64,000 nt of DNA from an uncultured Acidobacteriota bacterium. Its GTDB lineage: Bacteria; Acidobacteriota; Thermoanaerobaculia; Multivoradales; JAGPDF01. The translations under genes were made by a program, and so were the position numbers. Location: assembly GCA_963700315.1 (NCBI GenBank), contig CAVOXC010000011.1, positions 288,308-352,307 on the forward strand, written 5' to 3'. Positions 57,547-64,000 of this stretch are shown in pieces. Under the pieces are notes generated by a model that was given only the letters and a program-made list of their open reading frames with translations, did no database searches and was not told where the DNA came from. Each line of letters starts with the position of its first letter. Within the stretch, counting starts at the first letter, position 1.

Positions 57547-58707
57547 TCAGACCGCGGCGAGCGCCTGCTCGACGTCGGCGAGGAGGTCCTCGACGTCCTC
57601 GATGCCGACCGAGATGCGCACCAACCCGTCGGTCAAGCCGAGCTCGGCGCGGCGGTCGGCGGGGACCGAGGCGTGGGTCATCGACGCCGGGTGGCAGGTC
57701 AGCGTCTCGACGCCGCCCAGGCTCTCGGCGAGCGAGAGCACCTCGACCCTGTCGAGGAAGCGCTTCGCCGCGTCGTAGCTGCCGAGCTCGAAGGCGACCA
57801 GTGCGCCGAAGCCCGAAGCCTGGCGCTTCTGCATCGCGTGTCCCGGGGAATCCGGCAGCCCAGGATAGAAGACCTTCTCGACCTTGGCGTGCCCGTCGAG
57901 CAGCGCGACCAGCGCATGCGCGTTGGTCTCGTGCCGTTCCATGCGCACGCCGAGCGTCTTGATGCCCCGCAGCGTCAGGAACGAATCGAAGGGCGAGAGG
58001 ATCGCCCCTTCCGACTTCTGCAAGAAGTAGAACCACTCCCCCTGCTCGGCCGACTTCGCGATGAGCGCGCCGCCGATCGAATCCGAGTGGCCGTTGAGGA
58101 ACTTCGTCGTCGAGTGGATGACGACGTCCGCACCGAGCTCGAGCGGGCGCTGGAAATAGGGTGACAGGAACGTGTTGTCGACCGCGAGCAGCAAGCCGCG
58201 CGCGTGCGCGAGCTCGGCGGCGCCCGCGAGGTCGGTCACCTCCATCATCGGATTGGTCGGTGTCTCGACATAGATCATCCGCGTCGTCGACCGGATCGCC
58301 GCGCGGACGTCGTCGAGCTTCGTCGAGTCGACCCAGCTCGACTCGACCCCGTAGCGGTCGAGCACCTGCGTCATGAAGCGAAAGGTGCCGCCGTAGACGT
58401 TGCGCGAGAAAACCACGTGCTCGCCGGTCTTGACCAGCGTCATCAGCGTCGCGATCGCCGACATGCCCGAGGCGAAGGCGTGCCCCGAAGAGCCGCCTTC
58501 GATCGCCGCCAGATTCTCCTCGAGCGCGAAGCGCGTGGGGTTCTGCACCCGCGCGTACTCGAAGCCCTTGTGCACGCCGAGCTCGTCGAGGACGTAAGTC
58601 GACGTCGCGTAGATCGGCACCGTGACCGAGCCGGTGGTCGGATCGGGGTGCTGCCCGGCATGAATCGCGCGGGTCGAGAATCCTCGGGACTTCCAATCGC
58701 CTTTCAC
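57547..58707 (-). CDS. Cys/Met-metabolism PLP enzyme (cystathionine gamma-synthase/gamma-lyase family)
   Basis: The last 386 codons of the 973-aa track ORF give FSTRAIHAGQHPDPTTGSVTVPIYATSTY, ASGMSAI and IHSTTKFLNGHSD (PLP lysine). GTG 58707 has GAGGAG 7 nt upstream. Confidence 0.88.
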   Translation of the reverse strand: MKGDWKSRGFSTRAIHAGQHPDPTTGSVTVPIYATSTYVLDELGVHKGFEYARVQNPTRFALEENLAAIEGGSSGHAFASGMSAIATLMTLVKTGEHVVFSRNVYGGTFRFMTQVLDRYGVESSWVDSTKLDDVRAAIRSTTRMIYVETPTNPMMEVTDLAGAAELAHARGLLLAVDNTFLSPYFQRPLELGADVVIHSTTKFLNGHSDSIGGALIAKSAEQGEWFYFLQKSEGAILSPFDSFLTLRGIKTLGVRMERHETNAHALVALLDGHAKVEKVFYPGLPDSPGHAMQKRQASGFGALVAFELGSYDAAKRFLDRVEVLSLAESLGGVETLTCHPASMTHASVPADRRAELGLTDGLVRISVGIEDVEDLLADVEQALAAV

Positions 58708-59004
58708 GCGGGAGCTCCTCGCTCGAACGGTCCCGAAGGACCCCGGAAAGCGGGCAGTGTAGCAAGGGCGCGCCCAGTCTCCAGCCGAAGGAGCGCACGA
58801 TGCCGGCGCGCAACCCCACCCAGAACCTGGATCGCGACCTCGGGCGGTGCGTGGGGTTCGATGCGCAGACGGCGGGGGGTCCCCATTCCCTGATTGGCTG
58901 CGATCATCATGGGGTTCCCCGCAAGCAGCGAGCCCCACGTGCCGCACGAGGCCAGCGCCGCGGCGTGGCAACGGGGCCACCGCCGTGAGCGCTAGGATCG
59001 ACCC

Positions 59005-60081
59005 ATGACGGCGACGAAGGAGTTCACCCCCCTCGAATGGCGCGACGATGGCCTCGCCCTGCTCGACCAGACGAAGCTCCCGGCCGAAGAGGTCTGGCTG
59101 CATCCGACGCGCGTCGAGGAGGTCGCCGACGCGATCCGCCGCCTCGCCGTCCGCGGCGCCCCGGCGATCGGCGTCGCCGCCGCCTACGGCCTGGTCGTCG
59201 CGCTGCAAGACGAGCTCGACAGCGAGCCCGACCTCGATCGCCGCTTCGAGCGCGCGTCGCGCCTGCTGCTGGCGACCCGGCCGACCGCGGTCAACCTGCG
59301 CTGGGCGCTCGAGCAGGGCGCCCAGACCTGGCAGTTGCTCGCCGAGCGCCCGCGCGACCGGGCGATCGGTGCCCTGCTCGACTGGGCGCGCGCCCTCCAC
59401 GCCGACGACATGGATCGCAACCGGCGCATGGCCGAGCATGGCGCGGCGCTGTTCGAGCCCGGCGATCGCGCCCTCACCCACTGCAACGCCGGTGCGCTCG
59501 CCACCGGCGGCATCGGCACCGCCGTCGGCGTGCTCGGCGCCGCCTTCCGCCAGGGCCGCCTGGCGCAGGTCTGGGTCGACGAGACGCGCCCGCTGCTCCA
59601 GGGGGCGCGCTTGACCGCCTGGGAGATGGGGCGGCTCGGCATCCCGCACCGGGTCGTCACCGACTCGATGGTCGGCGCGCTGATGAGCCGAGGGTGGGTC
59701 GACCGCGTCGTCGTCGGCTCCGACCGGATCGCCGCCAACGGCGACGTCGCCAACAAGATCGGCACCTACACGGTCGCCGTTCTCGCCCACCGCCATGGCG
59801 TCCCCTTCTACGTCGCGGCGCCGCTGTCGACGGTCGACCCGCGCACCGCGAGCGGCGCCGACATTCCGATCGAGGAACGTGCGAGCGACGAGGTCATCCG
59901 CTTCTCGGGCGTCCGCACCACCCCCACGGGCTCGGAGGGATTCAACCTCGCCTTCGACGTGACGCCCGCCGAGCTCGTCGCCGCCATCGTCACCGAGGCG
60001 GGAGTGCACCGTCCTCCCTACGGCCCGGCGCTCGCCGCCGCGCTCGGCGGACCGGCGGGTGAGCCCGAAGCCGAGCCCTGA
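59005..60081 (+). CDS. mtnA: S-methyl-5-thioribose-1-phosphate isomerase
   Basis: LALLDQTKLP...VRGAPAIGVAAAYG...THCNAGALAT...VGSDRIAANGDVANKIGTY (eIF-2B alpha/beta/delta family). Confidence 0.88.
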   Translation: MTATKEFTPLEWRDDGLALLDQTKLPAEEVWLHPTRVEEVADAIRRLAVRGAPAIGVAAAYGLVVALQDELDSEPDLDRRFERASRLLLATRPTAVNLRWALEQGAQTWQLLAERPRDRAIGALLDWARALHADDMDRNRRMAEHGAALFEPGDRALTHCNAGALATGGIGTAVGVLGAAFRQGRLAQVWVDETRPLLQGARLTAWEMGRLGIPHRVVTDSMVGALMSRGWVDRVVVGSDRIAANGDVANKIGTYTVAVLAHRHGVPFYVAAPLSTVDPRTASGADIPIEERASDEVIRFSGVRTTPTGSEGFNLAFDVTPAELVAAIVTEAGVHRPPYGPALAAALGGPAGEPEAEP

Positions 60082-60097
60082 GCGTCTTGCCGCCCGC

Positions 60098-61774
60098 TCA
60101 GCGCGGCGCGCGAGCGGCGTCGATCTCGCCGCGGTCGCCGAGCAGCTCCCAGCGCTGGAGCGACAGTGGCACGTTGCCGTTCTTCCAGAGCGAGTCGTGA
60201 AAGCCGCGCAGCGAGAAGGCGGCGCCCTGAGTGATCCTGGCGTCGGCGAGAAGCCGGAGGATCTGCAGCTTGCCGATCTGGTACGAGATCGCCTGCCCTG
60301 GCGCCGAGGCGAAGAAGGCGGCTTCGGCGAGCGCGGTCTCCCGGTCCATTGGCACCTGGGTGGCGAGCAGGTCGGCGGCCGCCGCGATCGAAAGGTCGCC
60401 AATCGCCAGGCGGACGTCGACCTCGACCCGAAGGGCGCGCAAGCGAGCGAAGTTGTAGATGACCTCACGCACCCGCGGCCGATCGTCGAAGAGCCCGGCC
60501 TGGAGCATCAGCTCCTCGTTGTAGAAGGCGATCCCCTCGTTGGCGCCCGAGTCGTAGTAGTGGCGGCGGATCCAGTCCTCGTGCGCCCAGGAGAGGACGA
60601 GCTGGAGGTAGTGGCCATGGCTCTCGTGCGCGATCTGGGTACGCGGGTCGGCCGCGTAGGCCCGATAGAAGTAGCCGGCTTCGGGCGAGGGCTCGTCGAT
60701 CCAGGCGGTGCCGTCCTCGCCGAGCCGGGCCGGACCGGTGAAGTCGTTGTTGACCCCGAGCGCGGCGAGCGGCGCGAGGTACCCGGGCTTCGGCCGCAGC
60801 CGATAGAATTTCACCCAGGCGGGCACCGTCTGGATCCCCTCTCGTTCGAGAAAGCGGCGCACGGCGACCATGTCGCGCGCCATCGTCGCGACCTGTTGGT
60901 CGCGGTTGTCGGGCAGCGCGAGCGCAGGACGGCTGCGGTCGCGGTTGGCTTCGAGCGCCTCGAAAGCGACGGCGCGGTCCCACTCTTGCCGGCCCATTGC
61001 GACGAGTTGCTCTGGCGAGAAGGGGTAGAGCGCCACTTCGTGGAGGAAGTAGAGATAGGCGTCGCGGCCGACCGCGGTCTCCGCGCGGAATCCGGGCGCG
61101 GCCTCCCGTAGCCACTCGCGGTAGCGGGCGAGCGCCTCCGCCGCCGCGCGCGCCGCGGCGGGGAGCAACGCGGCGCGCGCGGGCGGCAGCTCCGGCGCGA
61201 GCTCGTGCGCCACGGTCGCGAGCTGGGTCTCGACCTCGGCGAGAGCGTCGAGCGCGAGACGCGCGAACGGGGCGCGGCCGTCCTCGAGGTTGGCGCGTGC
61301 CGCCGCGACCGTCGCGGGCACGCTCGCCAAGCGCGCGAGCACGCTCTCGGCACGGGCGGTGTCGAACGGCGGCGGCGCGAGCAGCGTCTCGAACAGCGCG
61401 CCCAGCGTCTGATCGACGTAGAAGAGGGGGTTGGTGCGCCAGGTCGGAGCGACCACGAGCTCCCAGCGGGCGCGCGCCAGCGCCGAACCGATCAGTCGAT
61501 GGTCGACTCGTCGCGCAATCGAACCGCTCTCGGGGTCGAGCGCGCGGAAGCGCGCCGCGAGCGTCTCGAGCTCGACGATGCGCCCGTCGATTCGCGCGCG
61601 CGACCAGTCCGGCGTCCAACCCGCCGGCCGATCGAGGCGCGGGATGTCGTCGCCGGACACCGGCTGATTCGCCGCGCGCCAGATCCAGAAGTCCCGGGCC
61701 ACCGTCTCGAGGTCTTCGGCGGCCGCGGGTGGGGCAAGGAGCGCGGCGAGGGCGAGAAGCGCGAGTGCGCGCAT
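60098..61774 (-). CDS. DUF885-family exported protein (putative metallopeptidase-like)
   Basis: Signal peptide MRALALLALAALLAPPAAA. IAHESHGHYLQ matches the HE..PGHH.Q-type DUF885 motif. About 560 aa. Confidence 0.7.
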   Translation of the reverse strand: MRALALLALAALLAPPAAAEDLETVARDFWIWRAANQPVSGDDIPRLDRPAGWTPDWSRARIDGRIVELETLAARFRALDPESGSIARRVDHRLIGSALARARWELVVAPTWRTNPLFYVDQTLGALFETLLAPPPFDTARAESVLARLASVPATVAAARANLEDGRAPFARLALDALAEVETQLATVAHELAPELPPARAALLPAAARAAAEALARYREWLREAAPGFRAETAVGRDAYLYFLHEVALYPFSPEQLVAMGRQEWDRAVAFEALEANRDRSRPALALPDNRDQQVATMARDMVAVRRFLEREGIQTVPAWVKFYRLRPKPGYLAPLAALGVNNDFTGPARLGEDGTAWIDEPSPEAGYFYRAYAADPRTQIAHESHGHYLQLVLSWAHEDWIRRHYYDSGANEGIAFYNEELMLQAGLFDDRPRVREVIYNFARLRALRVEVDVRLAIGDLSIAAAADLLATQVPMDRETALAEAAFFASAPGQAISYQIGKLQILRLLADARITQGAAFSLRGFHDSLWKNGNVPLSLQRWELLGDRGEIDAARAPR

Positions 61775-61908
61775 GGGTAAACCTCCAAGAGTGTCGCGCG
61801 ATCCTCTCCGGGGTGGTCGCCCAGGGCAAGCGTGGCGTTCACCGGCCGCAGCCCGGCGTCGGCCGGTGGCGCAGGTCCGCCGCAGCAGCGGCGACGTAGG
61901 ATCCCTTT

Positions 61909-62826
61909 ATGAACGCCGTCGAGGTCGAGGGCCTCACCAAGCGCTTCGGCGAGCTGCGAGCGCTCGCCGGTGTCGACCTCACCGTCGCGACGGGCGAGGT
62001 GCTCGGCCTGCTCGGTCCCAACGGCGCGGGCAAGTCGACGCTGGTACGAGCCTTGGTCGGCCGCGTCCGCGCCGACGCCGGCGAGATCCGTCTGCTCGGG
62101 CGCCGTGCCGACGAGCCCGGCGCGCGCGCCGCGCTCGGCTACGTGCCGCAAGAGATCGCGCTCTACGGCGTGCTGACCGCGAAGCAGAACCTCGCGCTCT
62201 TCGGTCGCTTGATGGGACTCGGCGGCGAGGACCTGGATCGGGCAGTCGCCGCCGCGCTCGCTTTCGCCAACCTCTCGGACCGGTCCGGCGATGCGGTCGA
62301 GCCTTTCTCGGGGGGAATGAAGCGGCGGCTGAACCTCGCCATCGGCATCCTCGCCGAGCCGAAGATCCTGCTTCTCGACGAGCCGACGGTCGGCGTCGAT
62401 CCGCAATCGCGCGAGCGGATCTACGGCATGATCGTCGAGCTCGCTGCGCGCGGTGTCGCGATTCTCTACACCACGCACTACATGGAGGAGGCCGAGCGCC
62501 TCTGCGACCGGGTCGCGGTGATCGACCATGGCCAGGTGATCGCGACCGGCACCCAAGAGGAGCTGGTGCGGTCGACCATCGGCTCCGGGCGGCAGGTTGT
62601 CGTCCACGCCGCGCGCCCGATCGACGGCACCATCTCGGCGAGCTTTCCCGACGCCGAGATCGATGGTGCGACGCTGCGCCTCGCGACCGTCGAGCCGGCC
62701 GTCACGATTCCGCTGCTGCTGACCGCGCTCGAAGCCGCCGGGGTCGGCGTCGCCGACATGGAGCTCCAGAGCCCCGGGCTCGAGAGCGTCTTTCTCCATC
62801 TGACCGGAAGGGGGCTACGCGAGTGA
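61909..62826 (+). CDS. ABC transporter ATP-binding protein (ABC-2/NatA-like)
   Basis: Walker A GPNGAGKST, signature FSGGMKRRL and Walker B LLLDEPT. Confidence 0.9.
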   Translation: MNAVEVEGLTKRFGELRALAGVDLTVATGEVLGLLGPNGAGKSTLVRALVGRVRADAGEIRLLGRRADEPGARAALGYVPQEIALYGVLTAKQNLALFGRLMGLGGEDLDRAVAAALAFANLSDRSGDAVEPFSGGMKRRLNLAIGILAEPKILLLDEPTVGVDPQSRERIYGMIVELAARGVAILYTTHYMEEAERLCDRVAVIDHGQVIATGTQEELVRSTIGSGRQVVVHAARPIDGTISASFPDAEIDGATLRLATVEPAVTIPLLLTALEAAGVGVADMELQSPGLESVFLHLTGRGLRE

Positions 62827-64000
62827 TCGGTACGCTCGTCGCCGCCGGCTGGCGGCAGCTCTCGCGCGATCGCGCGGCGCTCGCGCTCTCGTTCGTCCTG
62901 CCGATCGTCTTCTTCACCATCTTTGCGCTGATCTTCGGCGGCAGCGGAAAGAGTGGCACCTCCAAGCTCCGGCTCTTGCTGGTCGACGAGGACGCGAGCG
63001 CGCGCTCCGCGCGCTTCGTCGCGGCGCTCGAGGCCGAGAGCGCCTTCGATCTGCGCCGCGCGCCGCGCACAAAGGCGGACGAGCCGCCCCCTGCGCCCTA
63101 CGACCGCGGCTCGGCCGAAGCGGCGATTCGCGCCGGCGACGCAGCGATCGCTCTCGTCATCCCGCGAGGATTCGGCGCGGCGGAGTTTTCCTTCGGCCCG
63201 AGCGGCGGTGCGAAGCCGCGAGTCGAGTTGCTGACCGACAGCTCCGATCCGATCGCCGCGCAAATGACCGCGGGGCTGTTGCAGAAGGTGATCTTCACCG
63301 GGCTCCAGGACCTTTTCCTCGAGGGGGGGATCGACTCGCTCGACCAGGTCGCCGCCTTCACGCCCGAGCAGCGCACGAGCCTGGACGCCCTGCTCGAGTC
63401 GGTCGGCGAGCAGAGCGGCGGGCCGATCGCCGGGAGCGCGGCGGGAACGGCAGCCGCGCAACCGATCGAGATCGAGACGCGCGACCTGATGGGCGAGGGC
63501 AAGAAGAATCCGCTGGTCGCCTTCTACGCGGCGGGCCTCGGCGTGATGTTCCTCCTCTTCACCGCGGCTGGCGCTGGCGGAGCGCTGATCGAGGAGCGCG
63601 AGAGCGGCACGCTCGACCGTCTGCTCTCGACGCGCGTGACGATGGGCCAACTCTTGGCCGGCAAGCTCCTCTACTTGGCCTCGCTCGGCTTCGTCCAGCT
63701 GGTGGTGATGTTCGTTTGGGGTTGGGCACTGTTCGGTCTCGAGCTGCCGAGCCACGTCGCGGGGTTCGTGCTGATGGCGATTCCGACGGCGCTCGTCTCG
63801 TCGGCCTTCGGTCTGTTGCTCGCGGCAGTTTGCAACACGCGCAAGCAACTCGTTGCTGTATCTAACTTGGTCATCCTCTCGATCTCGGCACTCGGCGGCT
63901 CGATGTTTCCCCGTTTCCTCATGCCGGAGGTGCTCCAGCAAGCGAGCCTGGCGATGTTCAATGCCTGGGCGCTCGAGGGCTTCCTCGATGTTTTCTGGCG
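62823..64000 (+). CDS. ABC-2 type transporter permease; C-terminus cut by window edge
   Basis: Not in the track because it runs off the right edge. Its GTG overlaps the ATPase TGA. Manual translation gives VIGTLVAAGWRQLSRDRAALALSFVLPIVFF, a large extracytoplasmic loop, then TM-rich ...GVMFLLFTAAGAGGALIEERESGTLDRLLSTRV... Confidence 0.75.
   Translation, partial: MIGTLVAAGWRQLSRDRAALALSFVLPIVFFTIFALIFGGSGKSGTSKLRLLLVDEDASARSARFVAALEAESAFDLRRAPRTKADEPPPAPYDRGSAEAAIRAGDAAIALVIPRGFGAAEFSFGPSGGAKPRVELLTDSSDPIAAQMTAGLLQKVIFTGLQDLFLEGGIDSLDQVAAFTPEQRTSLDALLESVGEQSGGPIAGSAAGTAAAQPIEIETRDLMGEGKKNPLVAFYAAGLGVMFLLFTAAGAGGALIEERESGTLDRLLSTRVTMGQLLAGKLLYLASLGFVQLVVMFVWGWALFGLELPSHVAGFVLMAIPTALVSSAFGLLLAAVCNTRKQLVAVSNLVILSISALGGSMFPRFLMPEVLQQASLAMFNAWALEGFLDVFW

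Noticed and set aside
58708-59004. SAM riboswitch in the 297-bp divergent spacer between the Cys/Met PLP enzyme and mtnA
   Set aside because: I read both strands against the SAM-I, SAM-II and SAM-IV core features that I remember (for example GGCAACC and GGUGC contexts) and found no convincing match and no terminator. This is left as unexplained spacer, and an Infernal scan would settle it.
57547-60468. 973-aa minus-strand ORF
   Set aside because: Only the C-terminal 386 codons (57547-58707, a PLP enzyme with its own RBS and GTG) are convincing. The upstream part is antisense to mtnA and low-complexity.

Overview
GC-rich (about 70% by eye) bacterial chromosomal segment covering the replication-origin neighbourhood. 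The taxon cannot be determined without a database search. On the minus strand lie dnaA-dnaN-recF-gyrB-gyrA (25.4 to 15.8 kb), followed by pntAB-pntB and several peptidase and nucleotide-metabolism genes. On the plus strand lie tadA, two tRNA-Ser genes, rpmH-rnpA-yidD-yidC-jag-rsmG-parA-parB-bactofilin (36 to 43 kb), then pyrK-pyrD-pyrF. Between these blocks are sppA, mutY, truA, recR, ybaB and dnaX. The dnaA-dnaN spacer holds a cluster of DnaA boxes next to an AT-rich patch, which makes it the oriC candidate. A near-perfect parS sits on the rsmG start codon. Most long ORFs in the track are antisense or out-of-frame shadows typical of high-GC DNA, and many true starts lie well inside the listed ORFs. 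Points worth a second look: (1) two integrase-less cargo insertions share one architecture, intact gene, then cargo, then a diverged duplicate of that gene's 3' end. One is a DUF4160/DUF2442 pair between gyrB and gyrA. The other is a 5.6-kb island at the cutA stop codon that encodes an ECF sigma factor, a 64-aa Cys-rich exported peptide and three exported proteins. (2) A candidate sigma-54-driven structured sRNA of about 215 nt lies between sppA and mutY. (3) A family of nested long-hairpin repeats occurs at 4.1, 35.1-36.0 and 56.3-56.8 kb, with what look like compensatory stem changes. (4) yidC, and possibly recF, have conserved N-termini that are reachable only from CTG codons. (5) A sulfatase-like gene has its lipoprotein signal peptide in a different frame from the enzyme body. 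All identities and motif matches were done by eye. No database search or folding program was run.
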